This document shows positions 11,236 to 23,717 of a DNA stretch of 64,000 nucleotides, one piece after another. A program made the translations under genes and the position numbers. The notes beneath the pieces were generated by a model. That model made no database searches, had not been told where the DNA came from, and was given only the letters and a program-made list of their open reading frames with translations. The DNA is taken from contig OZ176053.1 in assembly GCA_964247055.1 (NCBI GenBank), positions 496,001 through 560,000 of the forward strand. The letters run 5' to 3'. The DNA comes from Paragordius varius. Its lineage: Eukaryota > Animalia > Nematomorpha. Every line of letters starts with the position of its first letter. Position 1 is the first letter of the stretch.

Positions 11236-14200
11236 CTATAGTACTTTATATGCTGATGGAGATAATTTTGATTTTGATGGAATGTGTGTTTCCAAAATTT
11301 TCCAAGCGGCATAACCAGGCACAATTAGGATAGATGACATGGTCAAGAGCCAACCACAGTATGCCGTCCATTTGGGATATATGTAATCCCCGTATCTAAG
11401 AGGTTCATTAAGCACCAAGCCTGAAATAATCATGATCTATGCGCACGTATACATATTATGTACGTATTAGAAATAAAAATAGCAATAAGACATGTAAGCA
11501 TTGCTATTTTTATTTCTACTTTTTAATTGGTTTTTCAAAAAATTACCAAATGCATTATTTTTTTACCAAAATGAGGGAAGGGCTAATGTACTTCCAGCAA
11601 AATCGCCAAAAAATATTGGGCGTAAACCCAATCATCTCCCGAACATTGTGGGAAAATTTATCGATCCCTGAGTTATATAAAGTATAAAGAGATTTTATAT
11701 ATATATTGAGAATGAAAAAATTTAGACTTAAGATATTAACAACTTTTAATTGTGTTAAAAAATGTTGTGCATGAGTTTTCTTTATTATAAAGTATTAAAA
11801 TCAATCATTATACCGTATATCCAAGTAACCCCAACCGCTTCAAAGAAAACAATGAATAGGAGCGAAGTCCCCGCCGCATAGGTGTCCAAGAAGGTCACCC
11901 AATATATTCCATCGCGGGTGTTACACAGCAAAGCTACACTAAACGAAACAAGAATAACGGCCCCCATTAGATATTTGGGTGAAATACCGACCCGTTTTAA
12001 CCAAGGCTCTAGGTCATCCCGTAGACCGGTTAAGACGGCCTCCATTCCTCCTAACTGAAAAACGAACGACGACATTAAATTATAATTATAGAAATCGATA
12101 TTATACGGACAAAACGTGATAATATAAAGACAATTATTTTATTTTCAAAAGGCAACCATACTTTTATAACATCGATTTTTTTTATACCTGACACATTGTG
12201 TTGCAAAATATGAAATGGTAATACTATGATTTACACAATTAATGAAATGGTTTGGGAAAGATAAAGGTTTAAAAGGTGTGATTGTTTTTTTAGAAAAATA
12301 TTGTCTTTATTTTACGTTTTGTCTGTATAATATCAAATTTTACGTATTAATGCATTTGATAACATAAAATAATTGTATAAAGTTTTTAAGCTATGAAAAC
12401 ATACCAAACTATCCAGCCCAAGTGTTAAAAGTGTCACAAAAAATATGATGGAGAAGAAAACGCTCCCTTTCAGAATTGTCAAGGCTTCGGGGTAAACGAC
12501 AAACACTAGACCTGGGCCTATATAGACAATAACAGAATGATTTAACTAATATTTAAGTAATCAATCTAGATTATTGTGAAATTAAATAAGGTTATCTATA
12601 GATTGAGTAACATTTATAGCTTCAATCCATTTATTTTAAATTAAGTGTGTATTAATAAATTTTTTTTATATAAAGTAAGTACCATCTTTAGCCACGCGAT
12701 CAATGTCTAGACCTCTTTGGAGAGACATGTAACCCAGGAAAGCAAAAACGACAAAACCAGCAAAAAAGCTGGTTAAACTATTGACTGCACAGGTTATTAG
12801 TACATCTCTATATAATATAAATTTTTTTCATTGCTATTCAGTTTAACAACCTAAAAAATTGGTTAAATTATTTTAAAAATAGTTTTTTTTTCAAAACTAA
12901 TATATACTACGTACGTTTGTATGTTATTGTGAAATTTATTGTAACTAGCATAAGCAATATGCACACCAAAGCCTGGGCCAGTTGAATAAAATATTTGAAC
13001 TGCGGCTTCATACCATACCTAAATTACAAATAAATTAAAAAAGGCAAAAACATGCGCATATATTTCTTTTAAATCATTTATCAAAAAAAATAAAATAACT
13101 AACCCTTTTTACATTATGAATTTTAACATGTAAAGCAAAATAAGAAAGCGTAAAAAACACGTTTTACTATTGCTTTTTCATTTACACAATTATCTTTTCT
13201 AAACTAAAATAAACATACTAATTTAAATTATTCATTTTTTGCTTTACTGTATATACGTACTTGAGGTGATTTAATTTTATCGATTTGCGGCGTTAAATAG
13301 TAGGTAATTCCGTTTAGAGATCCAGGTAGCAACAAAGCTTGAATTAAAAGGATAGTCAAAAGAATATATGGTGCGATTGCCGTAAACCAAACTACCTATT
13401 CGACCAAAAAAATTTTATTCATATATATAACAAAGGAGATTTTATCGATAATTTTAAAAATTAGTGTTTGGTTGACATGAAGTCAAAAAAAACAGTAAAA
13501 ATTAAAATTATACGGACAAAACGTAAAAATATAAGGACAAATATTCTAAAAGACAACCATACTTTTTTGAATGTTGAAATAAATTATATTTAAAATAGAT
13601 GGTTGTCATTTAGAAAAAAACATTTGTTTTTATATTTTCTGTTTTGTCCATATAATTTCAGTTTTTACTATAAATTTGATAAAATTCAAACAAATATTTT
13701 AAATACCATTAAAAGTTAGGTTAATTTTATACCATTATAACATTTTATTTTTTAATATATGAAATCGTATCTACAATGTACAGTCATGTATGTTTAGAAT
13801 TGTCAGATATACGTTTTTAATTGATTTTACTTTGTTTTTAATTGTTTACAATAAATAAGCTATTATTATTATAATGCTTAAAAATGCGCATGTGGAAAGT
13901 TGACATATCAAACATTAAAACAATTAAAAACAAATTATAATCATTTAAAAACGAATTTCTGTCAATTCTACATATACATGACTGTAATAACCACAAAATA
14001 CTAAATAATTAATAACTTTTCCAGATGTTTTAACTCCTTTGTAAAGGGAAAAGAAAGTGATTAGATACACCAGTAGCGTACATAAGCAAACATCCCACTT
14101 GATTGGCGTAATGTGGTGAAATCCAGAACCCTCTTGAACAGCTAAAACTTTTCTCCTAAAGCAAAACACAAAAAATTTCACTTTAAATTATCACATCCTA

Positions 14201-16989
14201 TATTCTGCATTAAAATAAAATAACTGCTAAGCGATAAAGATTGATTTAACATTTTTTCAATATTAACCCTTTATAAAACGATTATCATAATAAATAGTCT
14301 TTATATTAATTAGGTTTAACGAAAAAAAGCGGTATATTTAAATAAAATGTTAAAAATTCTCACTCAAAAAATTCCTCACTAGCCGTTTTGTAATTCAAAT
14401 GATCCCAATGTAAAATGCCATCACTGTGAAAGTTTGTCATATTGTTGGGATTAGCTCCCAATGGATGTTGGAATTTATACCAGGGAAGCATTAGGCTGTC
14501 ACTATTTTTATCTTTTGGTATAAATAAAAAAATAAGAAGCCTATTTAAACCCATTGAGGTTGTTAAAATTTTATATACCATTTACGATTCAAATTCACCC
14601 TAAAATCATTAATATAATATAATATAATGGCATAGTTTTTTATTTTTTCAGCATTATTTAAACTTTAAACGAAATTTAATTTTATAAAAATATAAAAAAA
14701 TATAAGTTTTTATCTTAAGAAACATAATTTATTTTAGGGTGAATTTGAAATGTAAATGGTATGGTACAAAGCTTTTTTGTTTTGTACTTTACTTCAAAAA
14801 TATATTACAGTGTAATTTAGATTTATACTGATAAAACGAATTAATATAAACAAATATTTTTTTATCAAACAACCATACCTTTTCCTAAATTTCTTTTCTA
14901 TGTAAATGTTATATTACAATTGTAATATATATAAAATTAATTTTAGTGTTGTCAATTTACATCTCTATTTCATACTTTGCATTGAAAAATATTGAATTAT
15001 ATTATGAAAAAGGAAATTTGAAAAGTTTAACAGTCTTTGAAAAAAAATAATTGTCTTTATGTTTTTACGTTTTGTCTGTATAATTTCAATTTTTACTGTA
15101 TAATTTTTTACCAGTTGTTATATTGTCGGGTTTAATAGCGTACAAGTGGAGATTGGTCATATTGAGTCGGTATTCAATACATTTAGGCGTATTCCAGGGA
15201 TGGTCGCATTTGGACCAAGGGAGTTTCCGGGTAAAAGATGCAAATAAATAGTAAAATGCATAACCAATGATTACTGGATAATAGAAGGAGACATAAAATG
15301 TTATGAGAATTGCGGCATACCCAGTACCTAGAAAGAAAAATATGCGTGATTGTTTTATGGCGGATTGTGAAGTATATAGAGTTGGTTTCAAGATTTAAAG
15401 CCGGCATTATTTAAATTAGTTGATGTGTTAATTAATTATATAGTCCTATAATGATTTTTTCGTTGGTTTATTTAGCACAAAGCATTTCATTGTAACTATT
15501 GGTAACATTTTAAAATACGTGGCAGAAAAAACGCTTCTTAGGCCGGAAAGAATTAAAAATATGATAATGAAAGTTATTTGTAATTCTGCCAATGATTGTA
15601 CATAAATATTTTAAATTTATTTCATTACACCTCAAATTTAATGAAACTTAGGGTCATGAGGCTAATTATTAAACAATTGACAAATTTATACGGTCAAGAG
15701 CGGCTAATAATTAATGTATGCTCTCTATAAGTTTTCTGAAAAGAGGAGACTAAAAAATAATTTATACTTGTAACGAAAAACTTTCAAAGCAAAATATTTG
15801 TTGATAAGAAGGACATAGTTAGGGAACACATAGTTTTATTGAATGCAATAATTTTTGGATTCAAAATAGGATTTTATTTTTCGACAAAATATTGCATCAT
15901 CGCCAATATCATTTTAAAATCCTTAAGATTGTTGCAATAATTGAATTACCAATACCTTATTATAATACAATCTTTAATATACATTATTAAAAATTATAAT
16001 ATTAAGACTACACTCACACGCTTAAGAATATATTTAATCTGGGCAACTCCACATTGCACACTAAACATGGCATTGAATTAATATTGAAAATATGGTGAAT
16101 CCGTTTAACCTTATGTTTACGACAATTTCATAATATTGAAAAAGGCTGATAAAGTAACCTTTTAAAATTGGTACCATCTTCCAAATCCCCACAGCACCGG
16201 CTTTATTATATTGGCCCAAAGCTAATTCCATGTATAACAGAGGCATACCTCCAAACAATAGCATAATTGTGTATGGGATAAGAAAAGCACCTTTAAAATA
16301 ATTGCAATAAAAACTAAAAAATAAAAACTATTAAAATATCAAAGGTTTTATGTTTTTTAGTAAATTGACTGTTTATGTACCTTATATAAATCATTATTCT
16401 ATGGGATTCCAATACTTAAAAAACATATCAATTGGGTAATTTACGATAATTGTACTATAAAATTAACAAATTGACAGCATGTAACTTTACCTCCACCATT
16501 TTTGTAGCACAGATATGGAAATCGCCAAATGTTGGATAAATCGACGGCAAAACCAATGATGGATAGGAGAAAATCTGCTTTGCTACTCCATACCTCTCTT
16601 TCCCCCTCATCCCCTGACATATCGGAGTCGGAATAAATTCCTGAATCTTTCTTTTTGGAGGGTAGGGGGCTCAATAAGTGCTCATACTTGGTATTGGTTA
16701 GGAAACTTTTACGGAGTCTGTTGCCTTTCTCAATATTTGGCATTTTAGGGCAAGTGAGAAAGTTTAGTTCTGTTGTTGTGGGCATATCAACTTTATGTTC
16801 ACCGTTATATAAGTTGCTACATAGTTTAAATTTATTTTTGCTATCTCCATTGTTGCCTATACTGCCAGGATTTAAGACGAAATCGCTGTGAATACGTTGA
16901 ATCCTGGGCGGAATGTCATCCACACCAAGACTTTTGAAATGATGATAACCGTTTGAAAGCTTAGTTTTGACCGGAGAATCTAAAATCAT
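11236..16989 (-). CDS. SLC6A3: SLC6 Na+/Cl- dependent monoamine transporter, dopamine/noradrenaline-transporter type, 12 exons, about 717 aa
   Basis: Exons 16989-16491, 16290-16159, 15327-15112, 14511-14364, 14155-14017, 13395-13261, 13018-12915, 12807-12683, 12517-12405, 12054-11814, 11667-11567, 11436-11236. TM1 [28 protein letters not shown] has the monoamine-class Asp; EL2 [13 protein letters not shown]; TM6 GPGFG; TM8 LGLDSLLGGMEAV. Family is certain; the exact DAT vs NET/OAT label and the extreme C-terminus are less so. Confidence 0.85.
12090..12346. mobile_element. Family C MITE filling most of SLC6 intron 9
   Basis: ATTATACGGACAAAACGTGATAATATAAAGAC... and inverted TTTTACGTTTTGTCTGTATAAT. 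Confidence 0.7.
13493..13670. mobile_element. Family C MITE, internally deleted, in SLC6 intron 5
   Basis: CAGTAAAAATTAAAATTATACGGACAAAACG ... GTCCATATAATTTCAGTTTTTACTA. Confidence 0.7.
14578..14759. mobile_element. Family B CCATTT-ended MITE, short form, in SLC6 intron 3
   Basis: TA|CCATTTACGATTCAAATTCACCCTAAAA ... TTTTAGGGTGAATTTGAAATGTAAATGG|TA. Confidence 0.8.
14808..15098. mobile_element. Family C MITE in SLC6 intron 3
   Basis: TA|CAGTGTAATTTAG... degenerate left end; right TIR ...GTATAATTTCAATTTTTACTG|TA, 12 bp from the splice donor. Confidence 0.65.
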
Positions 16990-17608
16990 ACAGATAATTA
17001 AATACTAAACCTATAATATACCAAATTTTTGCCCCAAAAACGAAATTTTTATAAGTTTTATGAAGGTTTCAAACTGGTTTCGAAACCAGAGCAAAAATAT
17101 ATAACATGTTTTGTAATTAAAGCCCACGGGACGCATCGTCCCGTAAAGTGCTTTTACGGCCCTGAATTATTGATTATTACAAATTGTATAAATACCAGAA
17201 AATGTGTAAACTATGAAATTATTATCAGTATTATATGGTGCACGCCCTTTGAGACAAGATAATTTTTTGCGCCCTTTAAATTTATTTTTTAGTGAGTACC
17301 CCTGCTCTAAACAAACGCTTGAATATCACACAAATAAATCATGATACGCGTTTAAAAAAATATTTATTATTAATTATTATCCGTAAATATATCACTAAGT
17401 ATCATATATCATGCATTTCTTTATCTTATAAAAATTGACAGAAATTTCAAATACTACTGAAAAATCCTATGATGTCATAACCTTTTAATTAGAGAATCCG
17501 ACCAGTTATGAAATCTTTCAAATACATTCATGACCGTATATGTAACCATATTAAAAAAACTAGTCAAAAATGCACATACATTAATCATATGAAAAATATT
17601 TGTATATA

Positions 17609-17873
17609 CAGTAAAAATTGAAAATATACGGACAAAACGTCATAATATAAGGACAAATATTTAAATCATCATTTTTTTAATTCGTGTATAAAAATTGAAA
17701 TTAAAAAAATTAATTAATTGTCTTACCAATATACATCACATTCCATACTTAGCAATTTTCAAATAATTGGTTTTATTTAAATAAATCAAGATTTAAAAAG
17801 TGGATTCTCTTTTAGAAAAAAATATTTGTCTTTATATATTAACGTTTTGTCCGTATAATTTTATTTTTTACTG
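17609..17873. mobile_element. Family C MITE, full length
   Basis: TA|CAGTAAAAATTGAAAATATACGGACAAAACG ... CGTTTTGTCCGTATAATTTTATTTTTTACTG|TA. Confidence 0.85.
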
Positions 17874-18139
17874 TAATATGTACATTAAAACCATTTATTT
17901 ACAAATTATTGAATATATGACCATAAATAAATAGAGTAATTGATCAGATTGTTTGATTTATTTAAAACACAGCACTTAAATATATTTACAATTGTCCATT
18001 ATTTTTAAACAGTTTCCAGAATTATAAAATTTCGTTTTTTTACAAATCTATACCCTTGTGATGATATTTTTTCTATTGTGGGGCGCACACAATATGTAGT
18101 CTATAAATGTTTTAACCTCATGCGACATTTCATTTTATA

Positions 18140-19530
18140 CCATTTTTCATGCAAAAACATCATTTTTTCAACCAAATGCAACATTTTTTCAACCAAACGC
18201 AACATTTTTTCAAGCAAACGCAACATTTTTTCAAGCAAAGACATCATTTTTTCAAGCAAACGCAACATTTTTTCAAGCAAACGCAACATTTTTTCAAGCA
18301 AACGCAACATTTTTTCAAGCAAACGCAACATTTTTTCATCCAAACGCAACATTTTTTCAACCAAAGACAACATTTTTTCAAGCAAAAACAACAATTTTTT
18401 AAAAATTAAAAACCATTTTTTTTATTTTAAGACATATTAAATTTAAAGTTAATGGAAATTAATTTTAGCGTAGAATTATGATTTTTATTATTTTATCATA
18501 AATATGTGATGGTATGATTGATTTTCAAACAAAATTTTGCCCATAATTGCATTATTTATATTATTTTATTCTTTTACAACTTTAGTTTAACCTTATCAGT
18601 CCATACATTTTGCGCTTCAATGTCCTTGAAAATTTAAAGTTGGTCCTAGAACACTTCAATTTGGTCCTTCAATATTTTAATTTTGATTCTAACTTTTATT
18701 AATCAAGCAATATTATATTCATCTATCCTATCATTAACCTAATTTCTTTATTTCCTAAACTTTTAAGGGAATACCATTTCTTTAAGAACCGTATATCAAT
18801 ATTATTTTTTATAAAAAATTTAACATTATTAAACATCTAGGATTTGTGGGTTATTAATCGTAATATTTAGTTTAAAACATCAATAAGTTAATTATATTGA
18901 TTTAAAGAAATTTAGTTCGAAACAAATAAAGATGTTTTTACTATAAAAATATTATTTTTGATTCAAATACTAATAAATAAAGATATTAGTTTAAATTAAA
19001 AAAAATAGATAATTACATACGAAAATAACGGTTGTTTGCAAAAAAATGAAAGAAACTTTAAACAAGACACTCTTAAAGCGCAAGTTGTATTTATTGATTT
19101 AGTGAAACTGTTGTAAAAGAAAAAATATAATATAAATAATGCAATTATGGGCAAAATTTTGTTTGAAAATCAATCATACCATCACATATTTATGATAAAA
19201 TAATAAAAATCATAATTCTACGCTAAAATTAATTTCCATTAACTTTAAATTTAATATGTCTTAAAATAAAAAAAATGGTTTTTAATTTTTAAAAAATTGT
19301 TGTTTTTGCTTGAAAAAATGTTGTCTTTGGTTGAAAAAATGTTGCGTTTGGATGAAAAAATGTTGCGTTTGCTTGAAAAAATGTTGCGTTTGCTTGAAAA
19401 AATGTTGCGTTTGCTTGAAAAAATGATGTCTTTGCTTGAAAAAATGTTGCGTTTGCTTGAAAAAATGTTGCGTTTGGTTGAAAAAATGTTGCATTTGGTT
19501 GAAAAAATGATGTTTTTGCATGAAAAATGG
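18140..19530. mobile_element. Foldback-type non-autonomous DNA transposon (1391 bp) with ~420-440 bp TIRs containing a 21-bp minisatellite
   Basis: TA|CCATTTTTCATGC ... GCATGAAAAATGG|TA. Arms 18140-18580 and 19110-19530 are near-perfect reverse complements; unit TTTTTTCAAGCAAACGCAACA occurs 12 vs 11 times. Confidence 0.9.
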
Positions 19531-19855
19531 TATATAACAGGGATCTAGTTAAACAGCCGATTATGCTCTGACCAAACCGCCGAAAAACATTTAAAAATTA
19601 TTTATTTCGATTCTTTTTACGCGGTATTAAATCGGTTCTTTGTAAAATAGGTTAAAAAAGTGACTTCTAAAAAACAAAATCAGTTCTCCTTTCCATTTTA
19701 CTATAAAGCTTAAGCCATAACTTCGTAATTAATTAGAAACAGAGTGCTTTTTGAGGCTTCATATTAGAAAATTGCTATTTAGCCCTTAAATAATTTTTGA
19801 GTTAAAAACCTTAAATAATATGATCCAAATAAACAAAAATCAAGTTTCCATAAAT

Positions 19856-20608
19856 TTAATTAAAATGGGTAACATATATACCATAGGTGTCAATTGGTGA
19901 TTCATTTAAATCTTTTTTATGCGAACGCAAAAAGAGTGGATTCTTCCTTTTTGTCGCGTCAATAATATTTTTAAGTTTTTGGCGACGAATTTTTTTGCCC
20001 CTTACCGATGGTGCTTCATCTTTTTCTTTCTCAGCCTCTAATGCTTGCTGAGTTCTCAAAGCTTTTCTTTGACGCCTCGCTATTTTAGAGAGTGGTTTCA
20101 TATTTTTTGCATCCATGGCATAAGTTAGAGGGCAATTCAAATCTCCGTCTTCTGGATCAAAATCTTGAGAGTCGGATCCATCATTTACGGTCCTAGTGTT
20201 TTCAGTCAAAGGAGCTAAAAAGGCTTCGGCATTTATCAGACGTGGATATAACTGCGAATATTTTTTGCGCGGTGGTGAGACTGCTACGTTTGGTAAAGTA
20301 TCAGACTCGTCGTCCTCTGTATACATAGTATGAGGTTCGGTAGGAATTTCCGTTTTAGCTTTATCAGGACTTAAATAGTTAACAGAGGTCCGTAGCGGTT
20401 TAGCGGAATAGAATGGACCATTGTTCATTATTTGGGTGTGACGGACAATTTGAATGGGATGATTGATTTTATAACTTTCCAACAGTGATTTCAACTCATC
20501 TTCCGGTTTTTGTGGGTCATATCTTGTATCTGTCGGAGTTGATGTTTTAAGGCGTTCATTAGCCAAGGACTTTATTTTATGACTGGACTTGTGTTCGATT
20601 AAAGGCAT
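19856..20608 (-). CDS. Orphan intronless ORF, 250 aa, predicted disordered, with basic NLS-like clusters
   Basis: 753-nt open frame, GC-richer than its flanks; acidic patches (EDDESD, DFDPEDGD) and basic patches (PPRKK, RRQRK, KKIRRQKLK, KRKNP); no family recognised. Confidence 0.6.
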   Translation of the reverse strand: MPLIEHKSSHKIKSLANERLKTSTPTDTRYDPQKPEDELKSLLESYKINHPIQIVRHTQIMNNGPFYSAKPLRTSVNYLSPDKAKTEIPTEPHTMYTEDDESDTLPNVAVSPPRKKYSQLYPRLINAEAFLAPLTENTRTVNDGSDSQDFDPEDGDLNCPLTYAMDAKNMKPLSKIARRQRKALRTQQALEAEKEKDEAPSVRGKKIRRQKLKNIIDATKRKNPLFLRSHKKDLNESPIDTYGIYVTHFN

Positions 20609-21873
20609 TATTACAAATTTATAAGTTTTTTTTCAAAAACCAGTATTCTCTTAATGAATCATTTTCGTAAACTTATTAGTTCTAATTAATTGCTCAAAGG
20701 AGAGAGAATAGGAAGGAAGAGATAGCATACAAGTTAGAAATAAATTTCCCAAACTAATAATTGGGCACAAAAACAACTTTTTTAATTGATTTCCTTCTTT
20801 CAAATAATTATTTGTCATCGTAGGGTAAAAGTATACAACTATATACAAATAATAGTTGAAAATATCAGCAAAAAATATATAATTGATTTCTCTTTTGATA
20901 AAATAAATATTTTATAATTATGTTAATTTTTTGTCGCAAAAAGTATGCACATACATGCGTAATGGGAGAAAATGTGCGGAAATTTTAAATGAACAAACTA
21001 AATGCATTTTTAATAGTAATAATAATGAAAATGAAAATATTTTTAATATTAACATAATTTTTTTATCGCTAAAAGCTATTCATTCCATTATCATATATAA
21101 TTATAATTGTAATTATTTTTTTATACAATTATTCTTTTTTTTCTATCTTCAAGTACAAAAACAGGTAAAAACCGCAAAAAAATATGAAGTTTAAATATCT
21201 TTTTGAATATTTAATATTTATATTCAAAATATATTATAAAAATGTTTTATTGCAGCGAACGGTTATAACTACTATATATTAAATGTCACAATAAGCGAAA
21301 AGCGGCAACATTGATCACATATCATAAGATATAAAGATAAAATAGTGTTTTATAATAATCAAATATACATATATTAATAAAAAAAAATTCTAAATATAAA
21401 TATATATATGTATATATTATTAAAGAAATTTTAGTTTCGTCTTTAATTATTATTTCGTTTTTTCATCAATGGATCTTTGGGCCTTGACTTCAGCTAAACC
21501 CCAAACAGTCCACAGAAGAATATATTATCCCCAAGATTTAATATCAAACATTTTTAATTAGTTATCGTTTTCACATTAAATAATAATTACTGTAACATTT
21601 CCAATCTCAAACAGTGTACTAGGATGAGAGAGAGATTAAAATTTTTTGACCGAAAATTTAAAAATATAAATTATATCGGCTAACTTTAAGTGGCAATCTA
21701 ACTTTTGCTTACCATGTGGTATTTTTCATCAAGCACCAATGCGATTCTTTTAATAACAATTTTAATTAAATATTTTTTATGAGATTATCTAAATTATTGC
21801 GAATAAAAAAGTCAAAAGCGGTTTTACCATTTAATGTTAGTTAATGTATCTTTATGTAAATATATAAATGATT

Positions 21874-21908
<35 letters not shown>

Positions 21909-23717
21909 CATGCCGTCGTAATTATGAAAAGTAAATATATATGAAACAAAATTTGGCTTATAAATTAAGAAATAGACAAACAAATTAGTTTATCGGTTAA
22001 AAGAAATATGAATGACTATTAAGCCATAGGCATTTTAATAGAGAAGCCGGCTTAAGTAACCGAAAGCTGAAAAAAATTTAGCCACCATTTTGGTCGCTTA
22101 AAAATATGGTTTAAAACAACCTAAATAGTATGATATGGATTTATTTAACCCTGTTATATCACAAAAATTTACGACAAATTTGAATCGGCTTATATGGCAT
22201 ATTGTGAGTCGCGAGGAAAAAAAGTATTTAGATTTTTTTTTATTTTGTATGATAATGGGTCAGGGATGCCTATGCAAATAGTTTGCAGACCGCTTTTTGG
22301 CTGAAAAAACCCGATGGGTCATCACATTAAAAAATGTATGGGATTTAATAAATATTTTATTAGATTTCAAACATAAGACTGTAAATTGCAAACACAATAT
22401 ATTTTCTTAGTTCGTTGCCAACTATATGGACTAATAAAAAAATTTAGTTCAATATCAATTTTTCTTAGATTTTATAAGCTTATTTTCCTAAATTATGGAT
22501 TTCCAAAATTATTTCAGGCTGCATGCAGGACACACCTCTTATAGGCAAATTTTAGTGATATGTTAAGTTGGAATTTACATCCACAACGATTTACTATGTA
22601 AATTTTATTAACCTGTCGATATAAGTCACTAGTTTGCCCTTAAAATTTATTTAAATAATCGTATAGAAAGATCCCTGCAAATATTCATTATAAACCTTAA
22701 CTACTATTTTTCAAAGATCCGAATTTCGTTTAAAGTTAGCCTGAAAGAGTTTCTAGTTTTCCTCATTGAATTTTTACCCTATAAGCAAAAACCCGGGGTT
22801 TATATATTTCGGATGGGATAATAACGCAGCTATCATAATTTTTGATGTTGTTAATATGATAAGGGATGAAAGTGATCTACATCTTTTTTTGTATTTGAAT
22901 CAAGCCTATTATTGAACTAATCGAATTTAAAAATCTGATAATATTTTTAATGTGCTACGCCCTGAAGTTCACAGAATAAAACTCTAGTATATTGTACGAT
23001 GCTGTTACCCGTCGACAATTTGTTTTAATTTAATTAAATATTATGTAATAATGTAATTGCATGATTTGAGCTCAAGATTATTACATGAAAAAAAGCCAGA
23101 TATTACCACGCAATCTACACAGTTTATTATAACGACGTTGTATCGCGGTTTGATAAGTTGCATTATGGGTACTTTAAAATTATCGGCTTAATTGACTTAA
23201 AAAAATTATAAAAATGCAACAAAATGCATTATTGTAGAATTTAATAATATACACTAAAATATTTAATTTGAATCCAGTATGTTACACACATTTATTAAAT
23301 ATTTATTTGAAATTTGGAAAATAACTCAAGCATTTGATTATTTGTTTAATTGAACCACAATAATTTCATATTTTGACTTTAAATATATATTTTAATATAT
23401 TATCGGGTGAATTTTGGATATATATAAAGATTTAATTAATACACAGCATTAATAAAAATATATAAAATTCGACTGATTTTGATATTTTAAAATAATATAT
23501 TGCGCATATTTTGGTTAGTTCCACATGACCGTGTCTACTCCGTATGATTTGATCAAAGATTTCTAAAATTTATTTATGCCTTGATGAAAACCACAATAAA
23601 ACTAATTAAAGAAAAATATCGTAAAAAACGACTGCTAAAATTACAAACCCATAAAATGAAAATAATAAAGTTAGTGATAAATTATATGATTATAGTGAAA
23701 ATAAACGATCAAACGAA

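Noticed and set aside
18078-18440. Three overlapping repetitive ORFs (LLEKMLR / FFKQTQH heptad-like), mirrored at 19282-19548
   Set aside because: They arise because a stop-free 21-bp minisatellite is open in several frames on both strands; they lie inside transposon TIRs.
20900-23700. Possible extra gene or upstream FBXW7 exon (e.g. ATG near 21469)
   Set aside because: Only short ORFs without motifs or usable splice partners; the region contains degenerate hAT-like remnants.
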